A stretch of DNA of 64,000 bases from Candidatus Latescibacterota bacterium (GTDB lineage Bacteria; Latescibacterota; UBA2968): assembly GCA_965207885.1 (NCBI GenBank), contig OZ242311.1:800001-864000 (forward strand), given 5' to 3'. The notes beneath the pieces are model-generated. The model saw only the letters and a program-made list of their open reading frames with translations. It searched no databases and was not told where the DNA came from. Numbering within the stretch: position 1 is the first letter of the stretch; each line of letters starts with the position of its first letter. Of this stretch, positions 1 to 9,970 are shown in pieces. The position numbers and the translations under genes were made by a program.

Positions 1-715
1 TGAGATAATAGAGCGCGCGATAGCGTTGCCCATCGCCCATTTCTTCGTCTTTGGAGTTCCACAGGAATTGTGCGTCGGGTGGCAGGAGCCTTTGTATGTC
101 CGGGCGGTTCAGAAGTTCCCGCACGGTCAGGATGTTGTCTTCCATGACCACGAGGTCTGGCCCATAAGCGCGCACATAGCGTGCGAGGGATGGGGTGTCT
201 TCGTCTATTTGTCCGAGGAGCGGGTCTGCGGCTTGCGCGCTGTCAACAGGTGCCTGGGCGGCAAGGTGTCGGTCAATTTTTTCGATTATGCCAACGCGGT
301 CGGCGTCGGATTTGAGGATTTTGAATTCGAGACGCGCGGTTTTGCCGATCAGGCCCTTGGCGCGTTCGATGTCTTGCACACCCGGCAATTCGACCACGAT
401 GCGCCAATCGCCTTCGCGGTGAATGATGGGTTCAGAGACGCCAAATTGGTCGATGCGATTGCGGATAATTTCGAGGGCGCGCGCGACCACGTCTGTTTTT
501 TCATCGTCTGAGAGATTGGTTTGATCCACTTCGAGAACGAGGTGGATGCCCCCTTGTAAGTCTAATCCGAGGTTGATGGCTTGCTGCTTTACGCGCTCTC
601 GCTCGTCTAAATTTTCCTGAGTTGTGTAGTAAAATTGGTAGGTGGGATAGAGATAAAAGAGTGCGAGCGCTATGGTCGCACCTATGATTAACAAACGCCA
701 GTATTCTCGGGTCAT
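1..715 (-). CDS. secD: Protein translocase subunit SecD, 5' part (runs off window start)
   Basis: Translated by hand from ATG at 715 (missing from the ORF track): N-terminal TM, then INLGLDLQGGIHLVLEVD, IRNRIDQFGVSEPII and IVVELPGV, which are SecD signatures. Confidence 0.93.
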   Translation of the reverse strand, partial: MTREYWRLLIIGATIALALFYLYPTYQFYYTTQENLDERERVKQQAINLGLDLQGGIHLVLEVDQTNLSDDEKTDVVARALEIIRNRIDQFGVSEPIIHREGDWRIVVELPGVQDIERAKGLIGKTARLEFKILKSDADRVGIIEKIDRHLAAQAPVDSAQAADPLLGQIDEDTPSLARYVRAYGPDLVVMEDNILTVRELLNRPDIQRLLPPDAQFLWNSKDEEMGDGQRYRALYYL

Positions 716-745
716 CGCAGGGAGTTACTCCGTTTATAGTGTGAT

Positions 746-1714
746 TTATTGGTCGCGTTCAACCACGTGTTGAACCGCCAATACGAGCGCGTCGCGCGCG
801 CGGGAGGTGTGTAGTGCGTTCAGGTTTTTGAGAGCGGATTGGGCATAAGAACGCGCTTCTTCTCGCGCGGCTTCTACGCCCCGATAGCGCTGGACAAAGC
901 GAATGACTTCTCGCCAGTCGCTGTCGGTTTCCACGCCGTTGAGCACTTTGTTGCGAATATGGGCAGCCTCGCCATTTTTGCAATTTGACAGTGCCCGAAT
1001 TAAGGGCAAGGTCAATTTTTTTTCTCGAAGGTCATTTCCCGTAGGCTTGCCCATGTTATTTGCACTGCCCATCAGGTCGAGGACGTCGTCGGTAATCTGG
1101 AAGGCGACGCCTATTTCGCTGCCGAAAGACGCCATGCGAGCGATCTGGTTGGGCGATCCTTTTCCCAAAATAGCACCCAATTCGCAAGCTAGCGCGAGCA
1201 GAGATGCCGTTTTTTGGTTGATCATGCGGAAATAGAGCGAGGCCTCACCTGCAGAAGATATTTCGCCTTCGAGGATTTCTCCTTCAACGACGCGCTGAAT
1301 CGCGTGGGTCGTGGCGTTCATGACCGGTAGAGAGTTGAGGCCAACGAGCACTTGCATTGATTTGGCAAAGAGAAAATCGCCCATCAAAATGGCTGCGCGG
1401 TTGCCCCATTGCAGATGCAGGACGTCGGCTCCCCGGCGCGTTTCTGCGTTGTCGATTACGTCATCGTGAATGAGCGATGCCGTTTGTATAATTTCAACGC
1501 CTACAGCAGCATCGATTACCGCGTCTGAACACTCGCCTACGGCCTGCGCTGTTAAGAATGCAAGGGCAGGTCGAAAACGCCTGCCCCTGTTTTTGACAAC
1601 GTGATAGGCCATCTCTTGTATGCCTCCGACATCAGAGGCTGTCATAATTTCTTCGAGACGGGTTTCAAAGCGTGCGATCTGATATTGGATAGGCGCGAAA
1701 ATTTGGTCTAACAT
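746..1714 (-). CDS. Polyprenyl diphosphate synthase (IspB/HepT family)
   Basis: Two aspartate-rich motifs (LIHDDVID..RRG, FQITDDVLD), GRRFRP, KTA. Confidence 0.92.
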   Translation of the reverse strand: MLDQIFAPIQYQIARFETRLEEIMTASDVGGIQEMAYHVVKNRGRRFRPALAFLTAQAVGECSDAVIDAAVGVEIIQTASLIHDDVIDNAETRRGADVLHLQWGNRAAILMGDFLFAKSMQVLVGLNSLPVMNATTHAIQRVVEGEILEGEISSAGEASLYFRMINQKTASLLALACELGAILGKGSPNQIARMASFGSEIGVAFQITDDVLDLMGSANNMGKPTGNDLREKKLTLPLIRALSNCKNGEAAHIRNKVLNGVETDSDWREVIRFVQRYRGVEAAREEARSYAQSALKNLNALHTSRARDALVLAVQHVVERDQ

Positions 1715-1791
1715 GGCGCGTTTATAAAGGGGTGAGACAAACGAATATTAAGGCGTGAGAAATTAACAAAAAAGGTCGTAAAAGTCAATGA

Positions 1792-2658
1792 TTAGCAATT
1801 GGCGGTTGCTCGTGCGAGTACCGCGCGGGGATATCCACTCAGGTCAGTGTGGGTAATGATGTGGGTGAGGCCAATTTGACGGCTGAGCAGTTGGGTGACG
1901 GCGCGAGCCTGGTCGTGGCCGATTTCCAAACCCAATAGCCCGCCCCGCGCGAGCAAGGGGACGCTTGTGGGTATGATTTTGCGATAGAAGTCGAGGCCGT
2001 CTCTGCCTCCGTCCAGGGCGAGGCGAGGATCACAGTTGCGGACTTCGGGTTGTAGCGCGTCGATTGCGTTGCTGGGAATATAGGGGGGGTTGGAGAGGAT
2101 GGCGTGGAAGCTTTCTGGTTTTGCAAAGGGTGTGAGGAGGTCGGTTAGAAGAAAGGAAATGCGGTCGGACACGCGGTTGAGATGGGCGTTTTGTCTGGCG
2201 AGGCAGAGTGCTTTGCGCGATATATCTGTGGCGATTACATGCGATTTGGGGAGTGCTTTGCCCAGGGTGATGGCGATGATTCCCGATCCCGTGCCAATAT
2301 CGAGGATGCGGGGATTTGTGCAGGTGTTTAATTGTTTGAGGACTACTTCGACAAGGGTCTCTGTTTCTGGCCGGGGGATCAGAGCATCGGGCGAGGTGTG
2401 AAATGGGAGGCCGTAAAATTCGGTGTTGCCCAAAAGGTGTTGCAGGGGAATGCGACCGGCGCGGCGGTGAATCAGGGTGCGAAAGGTCGCGCTTTGTGCA
2501 GGTGTGAGTGGTTGGTGCGCCCGCATAAGCAGTTCTGAACGCGCGCATTCAAGCACATGGGCGAGTGTCCATTCGGCATCTGCCTGTGGACTGGGTACAC
2601 CCGCTTTGATGAGGATGTCTCTGGCCCAGGCCAGAAGGTGGGGAATGGCGGTCGGCAT
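1792..2658 (-). CDS. prmC: Release factor glutamine methyltransferase PrmC/HemK
   Basis: LIPRPETE, DIGTGSG and NPPY motifs; directly downstream of prfA. Confidence 0.96.
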   Translation of the reverse strand: MPTAIPHLLAWARDILIKAGVPSPQADAEWTLAHVLECARSELLMRAHQPLTPAQSATFRTLIHRRAGRIPLQHLLGNTEFYGLPFHTSPDALIPRPETETLVEVVLKQLNTCTNPRILDIGTGSGIIAITLGKALPKSHVIATDISRKALCLARQNAHLNRVSDRISFLLTDLLTPFAKPESFHAILSNPPYIPSNAIDALQPEVRNCDPRLALDGGRDGLDFYRKIIPTSVPLLARGGLLGLEIGHDQARAVTQLLSRQIGLTHIITHTDLSGYPRAVLARATANC

Positions 2659-2663
2659 GGGGG

Positions 2664-3740
2664 TTAGAGGATGTGTTCCTGTTGTTTGAGTTTTTCCGTT
2701 TGGTCAGAGAGACGAAGGGCTTCGATGAGTTCTGCGATGTTGCCGTCCAGAATGTCTTCGAGTCTGTGCAGGGTGAGTTTGATACGGTGGTCGGTTACAC
2801 GCCCCTGTGGGAAATTGTAGGTGCGAATTTTCGCGCTTCGGTCGCCGCTGCCAATTTGTGAGCGGCGGTCTGCGGCGGTTTTGGCCTGTTGTTCGCGGAT
2901 GGCCTGATCCAGCAGGCGCGAGCGCAAGACTTTGAGTGCTTTGGCTCTGTTTTTGTGTTGGGATTTTTCGTCCTGACACGTAACGACGAGTCCCGATGGC
3001 AGGTGGGTGATGCGCACTGCCGAGTCGGTGGTGTTGACGCTTTGGCCTCCGGGACCTGATGAGCGAAAGACATCTATTTTGAGGTCGTTGAGGTCGATGT
3101 CTATATCGACTTCTTCTGCATCGGGAAGAACGGCTACGGTAGCTGTCGAGGTGTGGATGCGGCCGCTGGATTCGGTTTCGGGTATGCGCTGGACCCGGTG
3201 TACGCCGCTTTCGTATTTTAACCTGCCGTAGATGCCGTTGCCAACGACTAAGAAGATGATCTCTTTGTATCCACCAATTCCCGTGGGGTTTGAACTGAGG
3301 ATTTCACAGCGTCCACCGGTGTGTTCTGCATAGCGCGAATACATGCGGTAGAGATCGGCGGCAAAGAGGGCGGCTTCTTCTCCTCCTGCGCCTGCGCGTA
3401 TTTCGACGACGGTGTCTTTGTCGTCGTTGGGGTCTTTGGGGATTAAGAGCATTTTGAGCGTGTTGGACAGATCCGATTCCCGTTGATCGAGGTCCTCTTT
3501 TTCCATTTGAGCCATATCGACGAGTTCGGCATCATCTGAGGAACTGATGATGTCATTTATATCGCCCAGTTCTTCGCGCACGTTGTTGTAGTCGCGATAA
3601 GTTGTGACGATTTCTTCGAGGTCGCGGTATTCTTTGCCGAGTTTGCGAAGGCGGTTGGGGTTTGAGGCGACTTCGGGCCTGGCCATTTCTTCGCCGAGTT
3701 TGAAATAGCGGGTTTCAATGGTTTTGAGTTGTTCAAACAT
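2664..3740 (-). CDS. prfA: Peptide chain release factor 1
   Basis: GGQ motif, PET tripeptide (VQRIPETES), RTYNFPQ; start placed at MFEQLK (ATG 3740). Confidence 0.97.
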   Translation of the reverse strand: MFEQLKTIETRYFKLGEEMARPEVASNPNRLRKLGKEYRDLEEIVTTYRDYNNVREELGDINDIISSSDDAELVDMAQMEKEDLDQRESDLSNTLKMLLIPKDPNDDKDTVVEIRAGAGGEEAALFAADLYRMYSRYAEHTGGRCEILSSNPTGIGGYKEIIFLVVGNGIYGRLKYESGVHRVQRIPETESSGRIHTSTATVAVLPDAEEVDIDIDLNDLKIDVFRSSGPGGQSVNTTDSAVRITHLPSGLVVTCQDEKSQHKNRAKALKVLRSRLLDQAIREQQAKTAADRRSQIGSGDRSAKIRTYNFPQGRVTDHRIKLTLHRLEDILDGNIAELIEALRLSDQTEKLKQQEHIL

Positions 3741-3763
3741 GGTGGTTCTTTCGGTTTTTATCA

Positions 3764-3810
3764 CACAAAAAGGGCGAAACAGTCGCGGCATGCGGCCGTT
3801 TCACCCTTTT
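3764..3810 (-). terminator. Hairpin with U-tract between rpmE and prfA (terminator or attenuator)
   Basis: Minus strand GGGTGAAACGGCCGC-atgcc-GCGACTGTTTCGCCC followed by TTTTT. Confidence 0.6.
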
Positions 3811-3827
3811 CCATGTGGATCGCGTTG

Positions 3828-4118
3828 CTAACTGTCCGTTTTTTCTTCTTCCTTTTCTTCTTCCCCGTCTTCAATACCATACCGGCGGCGATAGCGCTCG
3901 ACCATACCGGCGGTGTCAACGAGCATCATCTTGCCCGTGAAGAACGGATGGGTAGCCGAACTGATTTCCATTTTGATCAGTGGATAGGTGTTGCCGTCTT
4001 CCCATTCGATGGTTTCTTCAGAAGTGTGCGTCGATCGCGTTTTGACCCGAAATGGTGGGTTGGCACTGACGTCTTCAAAGATCACGTCGCGGTATTCTGG
4101 ATGAATATCGGGTTTCAT
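3828..4118 (-). CDS. rpmE: 50S ribosomal protein L31, type B (no Zn-binding cysteines)
   Basis: [30 protein letters not shown]; no CxxC; rho-rpmE-prfA-prmC order. Confidence 0.93.
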   Translation of the reverse strand: MKPDIHPEYRDVIFEDVSANPPFRVKTRSTHTSEETIEWEDGNTYPLIKMEISSATHPFFTGKMMLVDTAGMVERYRRRYGIEDGEEEKEEEKTDS

Positions 4119-4193
4119 GAGATTGTCCTCAAGTTGTTCAATTTCAGTATGTTGAAAAAGTAAAACAGGTTGCGAGACTTCTGCGGGCCAAAG

Positions 4194-4222
4194 AATATAC
4201 CAAAATGCCCAAAAATAATCAA
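4194..4222 (-). promoter_or_regulatory. Sigma70-type promoter for rpmE
   Basis: TTGATT-N17-TATATT with extended TG on the minus strand. Confidence 0.55.
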
Positions 4223-4232
4223 GTTGCAGTGC

Positions 4233-5516
4233 TCAGAAGGCGTGAACCGGTTCACTCATGGCATTGAGAAAGTCTTCGTTGGTTTTGTTTTCTTTGGTGC
4301 GTTCTGTGAAAAATTCCATGGCTTCCAGAGGTTGCATCTGGTTGAGTAGTTTTCGCAAGATCCAAACGCGGTTGAGTTCTTTTTCTTTGAGCAGGAGTTC
4401 TTCTTTGCGCGTGCTGGACATGGATACGTCAATGGCGGGAAAGATGCGGCGGTTGGAGAGCCGACGGTCCAGTTTGAGTTCCATGTTGCCCGTGCCCTTA
4501 AATTCTTCGAAGATGACTTCGTCCATACGGCTTCCGGTTTCGACGAGGGCGGTTGCCAGGATGGTCAGGCTGCCGCCTTCTTCGATGTTGCGCGCTGCGC
4601 CAAAAAATCGCTTGGGCCACTGCATGGCCGTCGAGTCGAGACCCCCGGAGAGAACGCGTCCACTGTGGGGGGCAACGGTGTTGTAGGCTCGGGCTAAGCG
4701 GGTGATGCTGTCGAGCAAGATGACGACATCCTGCTGGTGTTCGACCAACCGCTTGGCTTTTTCTATGACCATGTCGGCTACCTGGACATGTCGGGTTGGG
4801 GGTTCGTCAAAGGTGGAACTGACGACTTCGCCCTCGACCGAACGGAGCATGTCTGTGACTTCTTCGGGGCGCTCGTCAATGAGGAGAACAATGAGCGTGA
4901 TTTCGGGATGGTTTTTGGTAATGGCGTTGGCAATTTTTTGCAAGAGCATGGTTTTGCCCGTAAACGGGGGTGCGACAATCATGCCGCGTTGACCTTTGCC
5001 TATTGGGGTGAGGAGATTCATGATGCGAGTAGAGATGTCCTGGGAGTCGTACTCGAGATCGATGCGTTCGTCCGGGTGTAGTGGTGTGAGATTGTCAAAT
5101 AGGATTTTTTGTTTTGCGACTTCAGGATCTTCAAAATTGACGGCTTCAACGCGAATGAGTGCGAAGTATTTTTCGTCGCCTCTCGGTGGACGAATATGTC
5201 CCGATATGGTGTCTCCAGTTCGCAGGTTGAAGCGTTTGATTTGCGAGTGGCCCACATAAATGTCGTCGGGACCGGGCAAATAATTGTACTTTGGTGATCT
5301 GAGGAAGCCAAATCCGTCTTCGAGGATGTCGAGAACACCCTGTGCGAAGATACGCCCACTTTTGGCGGTTTGGCTCTGGAGAATAGCGAAGATAAGCTCT
5401 TGTCTTCGCAGACTGCTATAGCCTTGAATATTGAGTGCTTGTGCGTGTTTGTTGAGTTCGGGAATGCTGCATTCCTGTAACTCAAACATGTTCAATTTTT
5501 CTTCGGTAATTGCCAT
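4233..5516 (-). CDS. rho: Transcription termination factor Rho
   Basis: [53 protein letters not shown]; start placed at MAITEEK. Confidence 0.98.
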   Translation of the reverse strand: MAITEEKLNMFELQECSIPELNKHAQALNIQGYSSLRRQELIFAILQSQTAKSGRIFAQGVLDILEDGFGFLRSPKYNYLPGPDDIYVGHSQIKRFNLRTGDTISGHIRPPRGDEKYFALIRVEAVNFEDPEVAKQKILFDNLTPLHPDERIDLEYDSQDISTRIMNLLTPIGKGQRGMIVAPPFTGKTMLLQKIANAITKNHPEITLIVLLIDERPEEVTDMLRSVEGEVVSSTFDEPPTRHVQVADMVIEKAKRLVEHQQDVVILLDSITRLARAYNTVAPHSGRVLSGGLDSTAMQWPKRFFGAARNIEEGGSLTILATALVETGSRMDEVIFEEFKGTGNMELKLDRRLSNRRIFPAIDVSMSSTRKEELLLKEKELNRVWILRKLLNQMQPLEAMEFFTERTKENKTNEDFLNAMSEPVHAF

Positions 5517-5710
5517 TTTTGGGGTTTCCTGATGGGTTGGAAGGGGAGAAGCGATACATGCCCGGACGACACCATGCAGTGTGGGGCGCAAAACAGACGC
5601 TGTGCGAAATCATTGGATTACTGCGAAGCCTACAGAGAACAATGTTTTGGAAGATTGTGGGGCAGGATGCGGAGCATTAGTGCGAGGGAATGCATTTTGA
5701 AGTTGACCTA

Positions 5711-5739
5711 AACCTAAAACAAACAATGTGGCTTGTCAA
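5711..5739 (-). promoter_or_regulatory. Sigma70-type promoter for rho (about 190-nt leader)
   Basis: TTGACA-N17-TAGGTT on the minus strand, overlapping the glnD stop. Confidence 0.55.
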
Positions 5740-8405
5740 GGATTTTCAATCGCGTGCGTCAGTTCATGGGTAATGTGTTCGAGCAGTGCGGTATCTGTGA
5801 TTTTATCGCCGTTTTTACGCACGTAAAAGGCATCCACAGCGCGGTCTGCCTGTGTGCCGATGCGAGCGGTGTAGATGTCGAGGCCAAGGTCTGATAAGGT
5901 GCGCGTGATGCGATACAGGAGGCCCGTTGCATCTTGTGCAGTGATATCGATGACGGTGGAGCGCATAGAAACATTGTTGTCGTATGTGATTTTGGGAGAA
6001 ATGGGAACGGTGGGCTGCCGCCTCAGGGACCACCTTTGACTGTAGCTGGCAAACAGGTCTGATACGCGCTCTTTTTTTTGAAAGACATCGGTCAGGGTTT
6101 GTTGAATTTTTTCTCGTAATGCAGCGTCATCATCCATATCGGAAGTGACCTGAAAGATGTCGATGACTGTGCCGTCGTTGCGCGTATAAGCATGGGCGCT
6201 GAAGATGTTGATGTCGTGGGTTGCCAGTACACCACAGATTTCAGATAGGCGAAAGGACTGGTCGTGCGTGCAGATGGTGATTTCCAGAAAGAGTTCGCCG
6301 GGTTGTACGCTAACGGCAACCAGCGAGGCTCCCATTGCGTCGATGAGTTGCAGGTGTTGTGCGATTTCTTCCGGGCTGTTTTGTTCGGGATAGCGCGGGG
6401 GCATGTTGTTGAGGTGTTCGATAAGGGTCTGATATGGGATGCGCGATTCCAGAGCAGCGAGGATTTTTTGAATGTCTTGTAGTTCGGGTTGCTCGCGTTG
6501 GGATTGGGCGCTTTGTGTGAGGAGGTGGAAGGTGTTTTCGTAGAGTTCTCGCAAGAGGTGACCTTTCCAGGAAGTCCAGGCAGTTTGTGTGACGGCAGAC
6601 AGGTCGGCATAAGTGAGGACATAGAGCATGCGCAAAGTATCGGGGTGTGAAAATGTGCTGGCAAATTCGGCGATCATGCGCTGATCCGACAGGTCGCGGC
6701 GCTGGGCAATGGCGGACATTGAGAGGTGGTGTCGCACGAGAAAAACAACGGTTTCTATCTGGTCATCGGGCAATTGAAGGCGTTTGAGAAAGTCCCGTGT
6801 CATTTCTGCGCCGACAATGCTGTGGTCTTTGTCGCGAACAGATTTTCCCACGTCGTGCATCATCAGCGCGAGATAGAGAAGCTCTTTTCTCGGGATTTCG
6901 TTGTACACGCGTCTGAGGTGCTGCAAATCGTGGGGTAAAGAAGGAGATCGCGCGAGATGGTCGAGGCGCTCCACAGCGACCAGGGTGTGTTCGTCTGCTG
7001 TGTAGATGTGATAGCGATTGTATTGTACCAAACAGGTCAGACTGCCGAATTCGGGTACGTAAGTGCCCAAAACGTCGAGTTCGTGCATGGTGCGAAGGGT
7101 GGTGCCAATGCCGACGGGTGCGCGGAAGAGGTCGAGAAAAATGCGACTGACGCGCTCAGAAGACCTGAAGCTGTCGTCGATGAGATGGATGTGGTCTTTT
7201 ATTCCCTGTTTGGCCGCTTCGTTGAGGGGAACGCCGAATCGCTGTGAATTGAGGAAAAGGGAGAGGAGGCGATGGGGCGTGTTGTCAAAAAAATGGCGTC
7301 GCTTTTGGGGCAGGGCAATGTGCGTGTGGTGTAGCACGGTGCCGTCATCGAGTTGACGGCGCGTGAGCAATCCCACAGCCCGACCGGTGGAAGATTGGCC
7401 TTTGAGGCGTTCACATATCAGGTCGCTGAGGTGTTTGATTGCACGCGCATGGGTGTAGTAGTCTCGCATAAAGTGTTCCACACCCAGTTCATTGTCCCGG
7501 TCTTTGTAGCCCAGATTTTTGGCAATAGCAGGTTGAAGGTCGTGCTCGAGCACGTCAAAGTGTTTGCCCGTGTGAAAGTGCAGTTCGCTGCGCGTGCGCA
7601 GCATGAAATCAAAGGCTTTGATATAGATCTGATAATTTCTGCGCGTGAGCACATGGCCTTCTACCAAACCCTCGGGCGCGCGAAGGCCGCGGCGCGCCAT
7701 CAAAAACCAGCCCGCTGTGTGAATATCTCGCAATCCCCCCGGGCTTTCTTTGACATTGGGTTCGAGGAGTTGGACCGAAAATTTGGATCTGCTGTGTCGC
7801 TGGATGCGTTCCTGATATTTTTTTTCCACAAAACCGCGCGCGCGTCTGCCAAAAAATCGCCGCGCAAGGGCGTCTTGCAGTTTGGTCTTCAGGGTGGGAT
7901 CACCCACGAGATGGCGTGTTTCGAGCATTGCAGTCATGGAATCGGTGTCGTCTTGTGCTGCAGTGATGCAATCGGAAAGGGTGCGTGTGCCGTATCCCAC
8001 GTCAAATCGCAGATCCCACAGGGTGTGGAGAATCGCGCGCGTTATGGGGTCGCCTTCACGGACTTTTTTTTGAAAGAGAAATAACAGGTCGATATCCGAG
8101 TGGGGATTGAGCGCACCCCGGCCATATCCCCCTTGCGCGATTACGGCAAAACCGGTTGGCTCACCGTGTTCTTCTTTTGCTTCGGCGTACAGTGCCTGGA
8201 TGAGTATATCGACGCGCTGTGTGAGTGCTGCAACTATCGTGTTGCCCGATGCGCCGTCCCGGTGCTGTGTATGAATCGTTTCCCAGGAGGTGTCGAGATA
8301 GGTTCGCAGGTACGACAGGCGTTCGGTGGGCCAGGCGTCTGATGTTTTTTTTGCGTTGAGCAGGTCGCGTGGGAGGGTATCGCATATGGAGATTTGTTTA
8401 TTCAA
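5736..8405 (-). CDS. glnD: [Protein-PII] uridylyltransferase/uridylyl-removing enzyme
   Basis: NTase motif GGYGRGALNPHSDIDLL, EPNVKESPGGLRD, HD domain (YHIYTADEH, HDVGK), two C-terminal ACT domains. Confidence 0.96.
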   Translation of the reverse strand: MNKQISICDTLPRDLLNAKKTSDAWPTERLSYLRTYLDTSWETIHTQHRDGASGNTIVAALTQRVDILIQALYAEAKEEHGEPTGFAVIAQGGYGRGALNPHSDIDLLFLFQKKVREGDPITRAILHTLWDLRFDVGYGTRTLSDCITAAQDDTDSMTAMLETRHLVGDPTLKTKLQDALARRFFGRRARGFVEKKYQERIQRHSRSKFSVQLLEPNVKESPGGLRDIHTAGWFLMARRGLRAPEGLVEGHVLTRRNYQIYIKAFDFMLRTRSELHFHTGKHFDVLEHDLQPAIAKNLGYKDRDNELGVEHFMRDYYTHARAIKHLSDLICERLKGQSSTGRAVGLLTRRQLDDGTVLHHTHIALPQKRRHFFDNTPHRLLSLFLNSQRFGVPLNEAAKQGIKDHIHLIDDSFRSSERVSRIFLDLFRAPVGIGTTLRTMHELDVLGTYVPEFGSLTCLVQYNRYHIYTADEHTLVAVERLDHLARSPSLPHDLQHLRRVYNEIPRKELLYLALMMHDVGKSVRDKDHSIVGAEMTRDFLKRLQLPDDQIETVVFLVRHHLSMSAIAQRRDLSDQRMIAEFASTFSHPDTLRMLYVLTYADLSAVTQTAWTSWKGHLLRELYENTFHLLTQSAQSQREQPELQDIQKILAALESRIPYQTLIEHLNNMPPRYPEQNSPEEIAQHLQLIDAMGASLVAVSVQPGELFLEITICTHDQSFRLSEICGVLATHDINIFSAHAYTRNDGTVIDIFQVTSDMDDDAALREKIQQTLTDVFQKKERVSDLFASYSQRWSLRRQPTVPISPKITYDNNVSMRSTVIDITAQDATGLLYRITRTLSDLGLDIYTARIGTQADRAVDAFYVRKNGDKITDTALLEHITHELTHAIENP

Positions 8406-9606
8406 TGGGCAGTCCTTTGGAAATGGCTATGACGCCACCATCTGTTACAGTGAAACGCCGGCGGTCGTCTTCGCGGTTAATCCCGATTTGTATACCGGAC
8501 GGAATGACGACGCCTTCGTCGGCTATGACGCGGTGGAGTTGGGCATTGGCACCGACTTTGACGCCTTCCATGAGCACCGAATCGGTAATTTGTGCGCCGG
8601 AGTCTATGTGAACCCCTGCAGAGATGACTGAGCACTCGACCCGTGCATTGGCAATCACACATCCCTGGGCGACTACGAGAAGAGAACTGTTTTGCGGTCG
8701 AATGTGCAGGCGCGAAGGTGGATACGGGTGTGCGTGTGTGCGGATGGGCCAGTTCGGATCGTGCAGGTCAAATTCGGGGGTTTCAGAAACGAGATCCATG
8801 TTGGCTTCCCAGTACGCGTCGAGAAGGCCGATGTCGCGCCAGTACACGGTCGAATTGCGATTGCCGTGCTTGAAGTTGTACGCAAAGACGCGCCCTGAAT
8901 CGACCATTGATGGGATGATGTTTTGCCCAAAGTCGTGGGCTGTGTCGCGTTTGGCATCTTCGGAGAGTTGGCGCACGAGAACTTCTGTGCTGAAGATGTA
9001 GATGCCCATTGAGGCCAGGGCGAGATTGGGGTTGTGTGGTGTGGGTTTGGGGTGGTCGGATTTTTCCTCAAAGCCGACAATGCGAGATTCATCGTCGATT
9101 GCCATGACGCCCAATTCGGTGGCATTTTTGATGGGTACTTCAATGCAGGCTACCGTGAGGTCGGCATTTGCGTTGTTGTGAAAGGCGAGCATTTTGCTGT
9201 AATCCATTTTGTACACGTGGTCGCCGCCCAGGATGAGGACGCGGTCGGGACGCTCGCGTTCGAGGATGTCGATATTTTGAAAGATGGCATCGGCTGTGCC
9301 GCGATACCAGTTGCCGGCAAGGCGAAATTGGGGCGGGACTTCAAAGATAAATTCGTCGAGTTCGGGATTGAAAATGGACCAACCGCGTTGCAAATGCCGG
9401 TCGAGAGATGTTGACATGTATTGCGTGAGAACATATATCCGGCGCAAGTTGGAGTTGAGGCAGTTGGAGAGGGTAAAGTCAATGATGCGGTACATGCCGC
9501 CGAAGGGCACGGCGGGTTTGGCCTTATTGCGCGTGAGGGGATAAAGCCGAGATCCCTGGCCTCCGGCGAGGATCATGGTTAGCGTATTTTGCAGTTCATC
9601 GGGCAT
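8398..9606 (-). CDS. glgC: Glucose-1-phosphate adenylyltransferase
   Basis: ILAGGQGSRLYPLT, AKPAVPFGG, WYRGTADA, GDHVYKMDY, ASMGIYIF, YWRDIG; start may be 9606 or 9621. Confidence 0.96.
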   Translation of the reverse strand: MPDELQNTLTMILAGGQGSRLYPLTRNKAKPAVPFGGMYRIIDFTLSNCLNSNLRRIYVLTQYMSTSLDRHLQRGWSIFNPELDEFIFEVPPQFRLAGNWYRGTADAIFQNIDILERERPDRVLILGGDHVYKMDYSKMLAFHNNANADLTVACIEVPIKNATELGVMAIDDESRIVGFEEKSDHPKPTPHNPNLALASMGIYIFSTEVLVRQLSEDAKRDTAHDFGQNIIPSMVDSGRVFAYNFKHGNRNSTVYWRDIGLLDAYWEANMDLVSETPEFDLHDPNWPIRTHAHPYPPSRLHIRPQNSSLLVVAQGCVIANARVECSVISAGVHIDSGAQITDSVLMEGVKVGANAQLHRVIADEGVVIPSGIQIGINREDDRRRFTVTDGGVIAISKGLPIE

Positions 9607-9607
9607 G

Positions 9608-9970
9608 TCAAGACCTTTCACCGGTCAGTACATCGCTTATGGCGGTTTTGAGTTTAGACAGGTCCGATGATTTGACCACATACGCATTGGCCGACCAGGT
9701 GAGATAGTTGTCTTTGTGATTGCTATAGGCGGTGTTGAGAATAACGGGTAACTGGTTGTTTATGCCCAGGATGTGGTTGAGGGCTTCAATGCCGTCCATG
9801 CCGGGCATTCGAATGTCGAGTATTAAGAGGTCCGGCGGATTGTCTTTGACGCGCTCGATCGCGGTTTGCGCGTCGTGAACCACATCGACGCGATACCCTT
9901 CATCGGTGAGTTCTTGCTCGTAGAGCAGTGCCAGATTTTGGTCGTCGTCGGCAATGAGGATGTTTTTCAT
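9608..9970 (-). CDS. Stand-alone response regulator receiver protein
   Basis: ILIADDD, LDIRMPGMDG, TAY, conserved K; overlaps the upstream kinase by 4 nt. Confidence 0.93.
   Translation of the reverse strand: MKNILIADDDQNLALLYEQELTDEGYRVDVVHDAQTAIERVKDNPPDLLILDIRMPGMDGIEALNHILGINNQLPVILNTAYSNHKDNYLTWSANAYVVKSSDLSKLKTAISDVLTGERS

Noticed and set aside
26-511. 161-aa plus-strand ORF
   Set aside because: Antisense shadow of secD, which is clear on the minus strand
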